Assembly: GCA_043813605.1 (NCBI GenBank)
Contig: JBDRKX010000048.1
Coordinates: 1-21,109, forward strand
DNA from: Elusimicrobiota bacterium
GTDB taxonomy: Bacteria; CG03; SLGR01; JBDRKX01
Length of the DNA stretch: 21,109 nt
Direction of reading: 5' to 3'
Shown: in pieces, positions 1 to 8,766 of the stretch
Layout: every line of letters starts with the position of its first letter
How positions within the stretch are numbered: the stretch's first letter is position 1
Notes under the pieces: generated by a model
What the model was told of the DNA's origin: nothing
Databases searched by the model: none
The model's input: the letters and a program-made list of their open reading frames with translations, nothing else
Translations under genes and position numbers: made by a program

Positions 1-101
1 GTAGTATAGGACGGGAGGCCCCTTCTTATATCGACCTCGACGGTCACGGGGTAGGCGTCTATTCCCATAACAGCAAAACTTTTCCCTATACTTACAGCCA
101 T
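1..101 (-). CDS. comM: YifB/ComM family Mg-chelatase-like AAA+ ATPase, 5' end (runs off the window)
   Basis: Not in the ORF track. Manual translation from ATG at 101 gives MAVSIGKSFAVMGIDAYPVTVEVDIRRGLPSYT, matching the family N-terminus (G-I-D-A-x-x-V-x-V-E-V-D-x-x-x-G-L-P). comM commonly lies near yraN. Confidence 0.9.
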   Translation of the reverse strand, partial: MAVSIGKSFAVMGIDAYPVTVEVDIRRGLPSYT

Positions 102-219
102 AATTTAATTAGTTTATAATTATTAATGTTCCTTGTAAACATACGCCTGAATGAACTGCTGTACTTACAACAGCAGAGCTGAGGGATTCCTTTTTATTTA
201 TCATGCGCTGTCATACTTC

Positions 220-247
220 TTGCAAAAATGCTGATTCTTGCTAAAAT
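220..247 (+). promoter_or_regulatory. Putative sigma70 promoter for the 281..1453 gene
   Basis: TTGCAA (220-225), 16-nt spacer, TAAAAT (242-247), preceded by an extended -10 TG at 239-240. Confidence 0.5.
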
Positions 248-280
248 AAACACGTCTGCAACAAGCAGATCCTTTATTAG

Positions 281-1453
281 ATGAGACTATTTTTACCGTT
301 ATCACTTATACTGCTTCTTAACTGCCATGCGCTCCTGGCAGAACCGGCATATTCTGCTGACTCCGGCGGTGCACAGCCGATTAAAACATACAATATTGAA
401 GACCTCAATAAAAAAAGACTCACTATACAGACTTTTCCCATAAATGGCCATATGGCAGTCTTGACCCTTCCGGACGGCCAAACGGTTCTAATAGACTGCG
501 CCGGGCGGACAGATGTCCGTGATATACACACTATACTCACTAAACAGCTCACGGAACCTAATACTGCAGCTAAGCCCCGCAGAATAGCTCTTATCTTTAT
601 TACCGGGACTGACAGCGGAAGATCAGGAGGATTAAACGACATACTCGATAATTTTAGTGTAAAACAGCTAGTAACGGCTGTCGGAACAAAAGATATGAAA
701 TGGAATACCTCTCTCGGAGACATGATCATCTCTTCCGGTAATAATAACTGTATTCATACGAATCTTGCTAACGACGAAGAAATACTGATAGGTACTCCGC
801 CCGTAAGTTTCCGGGCTCTCGGACCTTCTTTCCCGGGTGATGATTCGGTTTTTTCGATTCAACTGTCTTATCTTGATTCTGTTTTCTTTTTCTATTCGGC
901 CTCCTCCGGTAAAAACGACAGATATCTGGCCGAAAAATACGGTGACTCGCTTAAAAGCGATGTGCTGTGCCGCGTATCTGATCCGAGCCGCCTTCTCATA
1001 AGTAATATTAAAGCACGATTTTTTATCAGTCCGGACAAAGAAAACAGGATCATTACGGACGGTAACCTCTATTATATTTACGGTTCGGAAGAAAACCTTA
1101 TAAAAGAACTTGAAGAATCGCTTAAAAAAGCGGGTGATATGCTGAAAAAATACCGATACAATGACGCTATCGCTGGATTAAACAGTATAATATCTCATCC
1201 GGCTGAAGGAACACAAATTGACAGTATAAAAAACAAAGCTTCTGCAAATCTCGATTACACGCTAAAGGAAAAAACTGCCAGGATCAGTTTTTTATGGAAA
1301 CAAGCCGTAGACTCCTATAATGAAAGAAAATATGAAAAAACGGAATATGCTCTTAAAGAAATACTTGAAATCGAGCACTCACACGGAAAAACCCTGGAAC
1401 TCTTAGAAAAGACCAGAAATAAAATTAAAAATACAGATAAAGCAGAATACTGA
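281..1453 (+). CDS. Exported protein with a degenerate ComEC/Rec2-type metallo-beta-lactamase fold and C-terminal TPR-like helices
   Basis: Hydrophobic signal peptide. LPDGQTVLIDCAG, ITGTDSGRSGGL and DSLKSDVL follow the ComEC MBL scaffold, but the His ligands are absent. The C-terminus is helical and TPR-like (AVDSYNERKYEKTEYALKEILEI). Confidence 0.65.
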   Translation: MRLFLPLSLILLLNCHALLAEPAYSADSGGAQPIKTYNIEDLNKKRLTIQTFPINGHMAVLTLPDGQTVLIDCAGRTDVRDIHTILTKQLTEPNTAAKPRRIALIFITGTDSGRSGGLNDILDNFSVKQLVTAVGTKDMKWNTSLGDMIISSGNNNCIHTNLANDEEILIGTPPVSFRALGPSFPGDDSVFSIQLSYLDSVFFFYSASSGKNDRYLAEKYGDSLKSDVLCRVSDPSRLLISNIKARFFISPDKENRIITDGNLYYIYGSEENLIKELEESLKKAGDMLKKYRYNDAIAGLNSIISHPAEGTQIDSIKNKASANLDYTLKEKTARISFLWKQAVDSYNERKYEKTEYALKEILEIEHSHGKTLELLEKTRNKIKNTDKAEY

Positions 1454-1507
1454 AAATATTTTACACTTAAAAACGAGGTGCCTTTAGATCAGATTTTTTG
1501 ATATTGC

Positions 1508-2116
1508 TTATTGCTTTTCGTCTGCCGGTTCTGTTTCAAATGCGATCTCTGACAGCTTGATCCTGAGGTTTTCAGGTTTCGCCGCTTCAAAATAAGCGAA
1601 TGCTTCCTTATTTTTAAACTGTTCTTCTTCAAACTGAAGATCTATTTCCTGTTCTTCACCGGGCTTGACATGAGCTTCTTTGCTTACCACATTGATAGTG
1701 AATATCTTTTTACCTGCCGGATTTTTTATGCTTAAAAGCGCTTCCCAGGCAGATATCTTTTTCTCGGCATTGTTTTTACATACGATTTTAAGGCGCACTT
1801 TTTTCCTGAATCTGCGCATAACAATATCATATCTGCCTGATAGTTTTTCTTTTTCAAATGATGTTATTTCTATTATTGTGGGGGCGGTGTTCATGTTCAC
1901 ATCTGCTTTACGGACCCATCCCACAAGATTTACTTTTACCCAGTCGGGTTCTTCTTCCAGTATCTCAAACGGGGCAGAATCTTTGATCTGACCTATCTTC
2001 ATGCCGTTCATTGATATATGAAGGTCGGTATTCTTCTTTGTAAGATAGGCGGCGGTGAAGCCTTCTACAGATATGCCGGCCTGAATTATCAAAAACAGAA
2101 TAATTATTTTTTTCAA
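1508..2116 (-). CDS. Hypothetical exported protein with an N-terminal SH3b-like domain
   Basis: TTG start with AGGAGG upstream. Signal peptide MKKIIILFLII. SH3b-like pattern FEILEEEPDWVKV...GWV, followed by a beta-rich domain. Confidence 0.7.
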   Translation of the reverse strand: MKKIIILFLIIQAGISVEGFTAAYLTKKNTDLHISMNGMKIGQIKDSAPFEILEEEPDWVKVNLVGWVRKADVNMNTAPTIIEITSFEKEKLSGRYDIVMRRFRKKVRLKIVCKNNAEKKISAWEALLSIKNPAGKKIFTINVVSKEAHVKPGEEQEIDLQFEEEQFKNKEAFAYFEAAKPENLRIKLSEIAFETEPADEKQ

Positions 2117-2213
2117 TGTGATATCCTCCTGATACTTTTTTATAATTTAACGATGCTCATTTTACAAAAGATATCTAAAACCAGTATATTTACATAATAA
2201 AACAAATTAAATA

Positions 2214-2612
2214 CTATTCTCCCGGTTTCTTTATAGAAGCGTGAGTATTTATTAACCCGTTTGCTGCTTCTACGAAATTCTCCATACTAAAAGGTTTGGA
2301 CAGAAAAGGCACATCCAGCATATCGGGTGTCATTTTTCCCTTTATTTCATCCCTGGACTGACCGGATGCAAATATTATTGGTATTAAACGGGTATTATCT
2401 GAATCTTTCAGTTTTCTAAAGACTGTCAGCCCGCCGCCGGGCATATTGATATCAAGGACAATAAGATCAGGGCTTTCATTATTGGCCAGGGCAACAGCAG
2501 TATCGGCATCCTCCGCAGCTAATACCTCATACCCGTTATCTTCCAGTATTGACGTGAGTATAAAAACAACACTTTTACTGTCTTCAACTATAAGGATTTT
2601 CTTCATTTTCAT
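2214..2612 (-). CDS. Stand-alone response regulator receiver (CheY-like) protein
   Basis: KILIVED, PDLIVLDINMP (phospho-Asp), IPIIFAS and KP motifs. No output domain. Confidence 0.93.
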   Translation of the reverse strand: MKMKKILIVEDSKSVVFILTSILEDNGYEVLAAEDADTAVALANNESPDLIVLDINMPGGGLTVFRKLKDSDNTRLIPIIFASGQSRDEIKGKMTPDMLDVPFLSKPFSMENFVEAANGLINTHASIKKPGE

Positions 2613-2629
2613 ATATCTGTATCATAATT

Positions 2630-2658
2630 ATTCTATCTTCTGAAACAGAAATTGTCAA
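2630..2658 (-). promoter_or_regulatory. sigma70 promoter of the receiver-domain gene
   Basis: TTGACA (2658-2653), 17-nt spacer, TAGAAT (2635-2630). Confidence 0.7.
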
Positions 2659-2687
2659 AATTGAGTTTCAGCGGCATTACCCCGGTT

Positions 2688-3044
2688 TTATTGAATATCT
2701 GCAGTAAATGCGTTTTTTATAATATTTACCCGGCTATCGGTTACTTCCACTACATCAAACCTCACATCTTTACCGGTAATATTCCGGCCGGAAATATATG
2801 CCCTGGCAATATCTATGATCTTTTTTTGTTTCCTGAAGTCAACAGCCTCCCCCGGAGTGCCATAGATATCCGAGCTCCTGTATTTCACTTCTATAAAACA
2901 CAAAACGGAACCCTGGAACGCTATAATATCTGCTTCGCCGAGTCTGCAGCGCCAGTTAGTATGAATTATCCTGTAATTGTTTTTTTCGAGGTGAACAACG
3001 GCTTTCTTTTCCGCTGTCTTTCCTTTTGAGAGGTTTCCTTTAAT
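2688..3044 (-). CDS. yraN: YraN/UPF0102 family PD-(D/E)XK-like protein, probably with an ATT start
   Basis: The frame is open upstream of the track ORF (2903) and encodes KGKTAEKKAVVHLEKNNYRIIHTNWRCRLGEADIIAFQGSVLCFIEVKYR, then RFDVV. Starting at ATT (3044) gives 118 aa. The start position is inferred. Confidence 0.88.
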   Translation of the reverse strand: MKGNLSKGKTAEKKAVVHLEKNNYRIIHTNWRCRLGEADIIAFQGSVLCFIEVKYRSSDIYGTPGEAVDFRKQKKIIDIARAYISGRNITGKDVRFDVVEVTDSRVNIIKNAFTADIQ

Positions 3045-3375
3045 ATTGCCTGATTTCCTTTATTCTTGCTTTCTTTCCGTAACGTTCGCGCATGTAATAA
3101 AGTTTAGATCTTCTGACTTTGCCTTTTTTGAGCACAGTTATTCCTGTAATAAGCGGGGAGAAGAGCGGATATATTTTTTCAACACCTATCCCGAATGAAT
3201 ATTTCCTCACAGTAAATGTCTTGTTTATACCGCTGCCATTTCTTGCTATTACAAGCCCCTCGAACGCCTGAACGCGTTTTTTATCTTTTCCGACTGTCAT
3301 TTCTACCCGGACATCGTCTCCGGACTTGAAGTCCGGTATATCTTTTTTTATATATTTATCTGTTATATTAGCCAT
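3040..3375 (-). CDS. rplS: 50S ribosomal protein L19
   Basis: PDFKSGD, RVQAFEG, TFTVRK, GVEK, GKVRRSKLYYMR motifs; follows trmD. Confidence 0.98.
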   Translation of the reverse strand: MANITDKYIKKDIPDFKSGDDVRVEMTVGKDKKRVQAFEGLVIARNGSGINKTFTVRKYSFGIGVEKIYPLFSPLITGITVLKKGKVRRSKLYYMRERYGKKARIKEIRQY

Positions 3376-3988
3376 ATTTGGCCTCCCGGTCCCTGTATTC
3401 TTTTATCTTCTTATGGTCACCTGAAACCAGCACTTCGGGTACTTTCAATCCCCTGAATTCCCTTGGCCTGGTATATACCGGATACCCCCTGTCCTCTTCC
3501 AGTGATTCTGTATCTCCGAGGACCCCCGGAATAAGTCTTACTGCTGCCTCTGTTATTATAAGTGCTGGCAGTTCGCCTCCTGAAACAATAAAATCCCCAA
3601 CGGAAATCATACTGTCAACAAATTCCCTTACCCTGTAATCAATACCCGTATATCTTCCGCATATCAATGTCATATCTCTGCCGGAGAGCCCTTGTGCCGT
3701 TTCCCGGCAAAAATGTTTTCCCGAAGGAGAAAGGAGTATCCTGATACCCGGCGTATCCAGACTTTCCAGGGCTCTGACTACGACAGGCGCGGTCATCACC
3801 ATGCCGGGACCTCCGCCAAAAGGAATATCATCTACCTTGTTATGTTTATCTTCGGAAAATGCTCTTACATCAACAGCGTTGATCTCTACAAATCCTTTTA
3901 CTATCGCCTGGTTCAGCACTCCCACATTAAGGTATGATTCCACCTGTTCAGGGAAAATTGTAAGGATATTTATTATAGTTTTTTTCAA
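3368..3988 (-). CDS. trmD: tRNA (guanine37-N1)-methyltransferase
   Basis: LTIFP, VDDIPFGGGPGMVM, LLSPSG, SVGDFIVSGGE, YTRP, VPEVLVSGDH. TTG start. Confidence 0.97.
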   Translation of the reverse strand: MKKTIINILTIFPEQVESYLNVGVLNQAIVKGFVEINAVDVRAFSEDKHNKVDDIPFGGGPGMVMTAPVVVRALESLDTPGIRILLSPSGKHFCRETAQGLSGRDMTLICGRYTGIDYRVREFVDSMISVGDFIVSGGELPALIITEAAVRLIPGVLGDTESLEEDRGYPVYTRPREFRGLKVPEVLVSGDHKKIKEYRDREAKYG

Positions 3989-4069
3989 TGACCAAAAACC
4001 TCTTGACCTGTCTGGATATATGCAGATCCTGGCAGTTTACAGAAAGAGTAAAAGAAAACCGGTGTTAGA

Positions 4070-4309
4070 CTATCTTTTGGGCTCTACTATTTCAACAGTA
4101 ACACGGTTGCCGCTCCTGATAGAAGCTGCATTCACTATAGTCCTGATAGCTTTTATTGTTCTTCCCTGTTTGCCTATTACTTTGCCCACATCCGCCGGGT
4201 TCGTAGTTATTTCTATTATTGTCGTCTGCTCGCCTTGAACTTCCCTTGCAATTACTTCGTCCGGATTCTCTACCAGTTTTTTTACGATTTGGCTGACTAG
4301 GTCTTTCAT
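4070..4309 (-). CDS. khpA: KH-domain RNA-binding protein (KhpA/YlqC)
   Basis: DVGKVIGKQGRTIKAIR (GxxG loop); directly after rpsP with a 4-nt overlap. Confidence 0.95.
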   Translation of the reverse strand: MKDLVSQIVKKLVENPDEVIAREVQGEQTTIIEITTNPADVGKVIGKQGRTIKAIRTIVNAASIRSGNRVTVEIVEPKR

Positions 4310-4566
4310 AGTGCCTCCTTAATCGAGCTCTTTCTTAATTTCATTACAATTGATTTCACTGTATCAGTAATCTGTGCGCCTTTCCTTTTCCATTCCTCAA
4401 CTTTTTTCAGGTCGATCACTGCATTCGGAAAATCATCCTGCGGATGATAATGTCCCAGTGTCTCCAGGACTCTGCCGTCTCTTTTCTTTCTAGAATCTAC
4501 GACAACAACCCTGTAATTAGGGTCCTTGTGTCTACCTGTTTTTTTTAGTCTTATTTTTACACTCAT
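4306..4566 (-). CDS. rpsP: 30S ribosomal protein S16
   Basis: MSVKIRL, YRVVVVDSR, RDGR, GAQITDTV. Confidence 0.98.
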   Translation of the reverse strand: MSVKIRLKKTGRHKDPNYRVVVVDSRKKRDGRVLETLGHYHPQDDFPNAVIDLKKVEEWKRKGAQITDTVKSIVMKLRKSSIKEAL

Positions 4567-4574
4567 AGTCTGTT

Positions 4575-4602
4575 ATTCTAATTATTTATAAAAACTTGTC
4601 AA
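4575..4602 (-). promoter_or_regulatory. sigma70 promoter of the rpsP operon (near-leaderless)
   Basis: TTGACA (4602-4597), 16-nt spacer, TAGAAT (4580-4575). The ATG is 8 nt downstream and there is no SD. Confidence 0.7.
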
Positions 4603-4689
4603 GTATAGCCTGTTTACCTGATAATTTCGCCTAAATCCTATATGGCTGGAGCTCAACCGGTATTATTCTCCGGGGATCTTTCCCGGCAC

Positions 4690-5847
4690 TTAAGGCGAAT
4701 TCCATTCCGAAGGGCGCTTTTTCCTGATTCCGGCTATATATTCTATTGCCGCTACTATTCTTAAGGCGGCCTTTCCGTCACCATAAGGATTTACTGCATC
4801 AGAGAATCTTTTTTGGAGATTTTTGTCTGTAAGCATCTTTCGGCCCCATTCAAAGATGTCATCTTTACATGTTCCTATGACTTTTACTGTGCCTGCCTGT
4901 ACTGCCTCAGGCCTTTCTGTGACCTTTCTTAAAACAAAAACAGGTTTCCCCAATGCCGGCGCTTCTTCCTGGATACCGCCTGAATCAGTAAAACAGAAAT
5001 CGCACCTTTTAAGGAGCCATACCATATCCGTATAAGACACGGGTGGGATCAGGTAGAAATTATGGATCCTTTCAAGCATTTTCTCTGCCGTATCCCTTAC
5101 TTCCGGATTAAGATGTACGGGATAGACAAAATTAACATCCGGGAACTCTTTTGACAGTTTAGACAGCCCGCGGCATATATCCCTAAGCGGCGATCCCAGG
5201 TTTTCTCTTCTGTGAGCGGTAATCAGCACTACCCTTTTCCTCACAGACAGCCTTTTAAGTATCCTGTTAACCGGTTCTATTTCACTGCCGGCGGTCTTTA
5301 ACAGGGTATCTATCACAGTATTGCCTGTAATAAATATGTTCTCTCTATTAATATTTTCCTTCAGCAGGTTTTCCTTATTGCCGGGGGTGGGGGCAAAATG
5401 GTACGAACTGAGGGCATCCGTAAGCCGCCTGTTCTGCTCCTCAGGGAAAGGGTTCATCGGATCATAAGATCTTAATCCCGCCTCCACATGCCCGACGGGC
5501 ACCATGCTGTAATACGCCGCAAGAGCCGATGCCAGTGTAGTTGTCGTATCTCCGTGAACGAGTACCATGGATGGTTTCTCTTTGCGGTATATATTATTCA
5601 GCCCTTTTACGCACCTGGACACTATACCGTTAAGAGGCTGAGACCGGAGCATTATATTCATATCATAATCCGGTTTAATGCCGAATATCTTTATTGCCTG
5701 GTCCAGCATTTTGCGGTGCTGGCCGGTTACAACAGTTTTCAGTATAAACCTGCCGTTTTCCCGTATACAATCGATAACCGGCGCCATCTTTATGGCTTCC
5801 GGCCTTGTTCCGAAAACGACCATTATTTTTGTTCTAGTCGGACACAT
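4690..5847 (-). CDS. wecB: UDP-N-acetylglucosamine 2-epimerase (non-hydrolysing)
   Basis: FGTRPEAIKMAP, TGQHR, HGDTTT, HVEAGLRS, PFPEE, DSGGIQEEAP, NPYGDG. Start moved to the ATG at 5847, which overlaps the end of the upstream gene. Confidence 0.96.
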   Translation of the reverse strand: MCPTRTKIMVVFGTRPEAIKMAPVIDCIRENGRFILKTVVTGQHRKMLDQAIKIFGIKPDYDMNIMLRSQPLNGIVSRCVKGLNNIYRKEKPSMVLVHGDTTTTLASALAAYYSMVPVGHVEAGLRSYDPMNPFPEEQNRRLTDALSSYHFAPTPGNKENLLKENINRENIFITGNTVIDTLLKTAGSEIEPVNRILKRLSVRKRVVLITAHRRENLGSPLRDICRGLSKLSKEFPDVNFVYPVHLNPEVRDTAEKMLERIHNFYLIPPVSYTDMVWLLKRCDFCFTDSGGIQEEAPALGKPVFVLRKVTERPEAVQAGTVKVIGTCKDDIFEWGRKMLTDKNLQKRFSDAVNPYGDGKAALRIVAAIEYIAGIRKKRPSEWNSP

Positions 5848-6862
5848 TATATAAAGTAATAAGTATAGCCATTGCGCCAAGAACAAAAGTTATCATATAT
5901 ATTCTAAGTACGACCTTTTTTGCGGTCCAGCCTTTCCTGTATAGCAGACGATGATGCAAATGGTCCTTATCCGCGGTCATAAAAGACTTGCGGCTGAATA
6001 TCCTTCTAAAAAAAGAAAACACCGCATCAACTATCGGAAATCCGAATATGATCAGGGGTATGACAAGAGTAACCGCCGCCGCCACTTTAAGGATGCCTGT
6101 TATCGTTATGACTCCGGCCATAAATCCCAGAAGCAGGCTTCCTGAATCACCCAGGAATATTTTTGCCGGCGGGAAATTAAATTTAAGAAATCCTACGCAA
6201 CTCCCGCACAGCACTATTGCCATCACTGCCGCCAGTTTCAGTCTGTCAACTACAAGCGGTTCGGTCTGTATGTACATCTGATGAAAAGTTATGATGAAAA
6301 AGACCAGTGTGGCTATGGCCATAACTCCTGTAGACAACCCGTCTATGCCGTCTATAAGATTTATCGAATTAATAAAAACCAGTATCCACAGAACAGTTAT
6401 CGCTATACCTATGTAAAGCGGCATATCGAAATATGAAGACATGAACGGCAGCCTGAACCCCACTATCTTGATCCCATACTGTATTACAAGCATGGATGCT
6501 ATTATCTGACCAAGCAGTTTTGTCGTAGGCGCCACGCTCCTTAGATCATCAACTGCCCCTATTAATGTGATCACTACGGCGCCCACAGTAATACCTTCGA
6601 GCAGTTTCAGTATATAGCCTGAATTACCGTAGAGCATGTTCCTGAAATCCGGATTGGCATGTTTCAATATAAAAATAGTGCCGAATATTCCGGCAAATAT
6701 TGCCAGTCCGCCCCAAAGGGGTATTTCTTTACGGTGTATTTTACGGCCGGATGGTTTGTCAATAGCATTGAACCTTATAGCAAGAGAACCCACTACGGGA
6801 GTAAATAACAGCGATGTGAAAACAGATGTTATAAAAGCCAGCAGATAGAACTCGTAATTCAT
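5834..6862 (-). CDS. wecA: Undecaprenyl-phosphate GlcNAc-1-phosphate transferase (WecA/TagO, MraY-like)
   Basis: DKPSGRKIH, GAVDD, NLIDGIDGL, NFPPAKIFLGDSG, DKDHLHHRL; many TM helices. Start moved to the ATG at 6862 to avoid overlapping upp. Confidence 0.93.
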   Translation of the reverse strand: MNYEFYLLAFITSVFTSLLFTPVVGSLAIRFNAIDKPSGRKIHRKEIPLWGGLAIFAGIFGTIFILKHANPDFRNMLYGNSGYILKLLEGITVGAVVITLIGAVDDLRSVAPTTKLLGQIIASMLVIQYGIKIVGFRLPFMSSYFDMPLYIGIAITVLWILVFINSINLIDGIDGLSTGVMAIATLVFFIITFHQMYIQTEPLVVDRLKLAAVMAIVLCGSCVGFLKFNFPPAKIFLGDSGSLLLGFMAGVITITGILKVAAAVTLVIPLIIFGFPIVDAVFSFFRRIFSRKSFMTADKDHLHHRLLYRKGWTAKKVVLRIYMITFVLGAMAILITLYNVSD

Positions 6863-6887
6863 AAATGACCGATTTTTGCCGAATCCA

Positions 6888-7523
6888 CTATTTTGTCCCG
6901 AATATCCTGTCTCCCGCATCACCCAGTCCGGGAAGTATATACCCGTGGTCATTAAGACATTCATCTACTGCAGCCGTATATATAGATATGCCCTTATGAT
7001 ATTTTCTCACTTCGGCTATTCCTTCCGGCGCTGCTACAAGGCACATGATCCTTATATCCTTAACATTAAATACTCTGCATATATTAAGCGCTTCGACTAT
7101 GGTATGGCCGGTAGCCAGCATGGGATCGATCAGTATTGCCATCTGGCAACTGGAAATATTTGACGGGAGCTTTTTGTAATATTCTACCGCTTCCAGTGTT
7201 TCAGGGTCCCTGTAAAGCCCTATATGCCCGACCCTTGCCTGCGGCAACAGTTCCAGCACACCGTCAACCATTCCTATTCCTGCGCGAAGTATAGGTATCA
7301 GCACTATTTCGGAATTCTCTACTCTTATACCCTCGGCAACCATGTCAAGAGGTGTAGTGACACTCACTTTCTTCGAATCTATGTCCCTTGTCACTTCAAA
7401 AGCCATGAGAGAGGACAACTCCCTGAGTGTAACCCTGAAATCCGTACTTCCCGTTTTTACGTCCCTGAGCCGGGTCAGTTTATCCTGGACCAGCGGATGT
7501 TCGACAACTATTACATTCTCCAA
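6888..7523 (-). CDS. upp: Uracil phosphoribosyltransferase
   Basis: HPL, PILRAG, GHIGLYRD, DPMLATG, YILPGLGDAGDRIFGTK. TTG start with AGGAG upstream. Confidence 0.98.
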   Translation of the reverse strand: MENVIVVEHPLVQDKLTRLRDVKTGSTDFRVTLRELSSLMAFEVTRDIDSKKVSVTTPLDMVAEGIRVENSEIVLIPILRAGIGMVDGVLELLPQARVGHIGLYRDPETLEAVEYYKKLPSNISSCQMAILIDPMLATGHTIVEALNICRVFNVKDIRIMCLVAAPEGIAEVRKYHKGISIYTAAVDECLNDHGYILPGLGDAGDRIFGTK

Positions 7524-7536
7524 TTTTTTTCTCCTG

Positions 7537-8766
7537 TCATGTATCCAGGGGGAACTTCTTGCAGAGTTTCTTTATTTCTTCTCGGACCGCCGATACTGTG
7601 ATATCGTTCTTTTCTTTCAAAACATCGGCGATATAACCTGCCACCTGCCTCATCTGATCCGTGCCCATTCCTCTTGTAGTCAATATTGGCGTACCCAGTC
7701 TAAGTCCTGAAGCGATAAACGGTTTTGCAGGATCATAGGGTATGGTATTTTTATTGGACACTATTCCGGCTTCCTGGAGTATCTTTTCGGCATCTTTACC
7801 GGTTATACCGAGCGGCCTTAAATCAAGGAGAACAAGATGATTATCAGTGCCGCCGGATACCAGTTTAACTCCCTGGCTCATCAGTTCTTCGGCCAGGACA
7901 CGGCAGTTTTCTACTACATTTCTTATATATTCCCCGTATTCCTCAGACAGTACTTCTTTAAAACAGACCGCTTTAGCCGCAATAACATGCATCAGCGGAC
8001 CGCCCTGGTTCCCCGGGAAAACCGACCGGTCAATATCGGCAGCTATGTTCTCCCGGCACATTATCATGCCGCCCCTCGGCCCGCGCAGTGTCTTGTGAGT
8101 AGTTGTTGTTACGACATCGCAGAACGGCACCGGGTCAGGATGCGCCCCTTTTGCGACCAATCCTGCTATATGTGCAATATCAGCTATAAGATAAGCGCCT
8201 ATTTCGTCGGCTATTTTTCTGAATTCACTAAAATCGATTATCCGCGGATATGCCGAAGCCCCGCATATAATAAGCCGGGGACTTTCTTTCAGGGCTATCT
8301 GTCTGACTTCGTTATAATCTATTTTATCGTCATCCCTGTTAACACCGTACGATACTACATTAAAATATTTGCCGCTGAAATTCAGCTTGTGCCCATGACT
8401 CAGATGTCCCCCGCAGGAAAGATCCATGCCCATAATAGTATCCCCTATATCTATCAACGCGAGATACGACGATATATTTGCCTGTGTACCTGAATGAGGC
8501 TGTACATTGACATGTTCGCATCCGAATATCTCTTTTGCCCTTTCTATGGCAAGGGATTCGGCAATATCAACGTATTCACAGCCTCCGTAATATCTTTTCC
8601 CCGGATATCCTTCGGCATATTTATCTGTCAGATGAGACCCCATTGCCTCAATCACCGCTTTTGATGTATAATTTTCAGAAGCGATCATCTCAAGATGATT
8701 CTGTTCCCGCCTTCTTTCTGCCGCTATAGCTTCATAGATCTCCTTGTCAGCTGTTTCTAAACTCAT
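7537..8766 (-). CDS. glyA: Serine hydroxymethyltransferase
   Basis: [50 protein letters not shown]. Start is ATG 8766 or TTG 8772. Confidence 0.98.
   Translation of the reverse strand: MSLETADKEIYEAIAAERRREQNHLEMIASENYTSKAVIEAMGSHLTDKYAEGYPGKRYYGGCEYVDIAESLAIERAKEIFGCEHVNVQPHSGTQANISSYLALIDIGDTIMGMDLSCGGHLSHGHKLNFSGKYFNVVSYGVNRDDDKIDYNEVRQIALKESPRLIICGASAYPRIIDFSEFRKIADEIGAYLIADIAHIAGLVAKGAHPDPVPFCDVVTTTTHKTLRGPRGGMIMCRENIAADIDRSVFPGNQGGPLMHVIAAKAVCFKEVLSEEYGEYIRNVVENCRVLAEELMSQGVKLVSGGTDNHLVLLDLRPLGITGKDAEKILQEAGIVSNKNTIPYDPAKPFIASGLRLGTPILTTRGMGTDQMRQVAGYIADVLKEKNDITVSAVREEIKKLCKKFPLDT

Noticed and set aside
4670..4686. Hairpin CCGGGGA-TCTT-TCCCGG just after wecB
   Set aside because: Possible terminator stem, but there is no U-tract on the minus strand, so it was not called.
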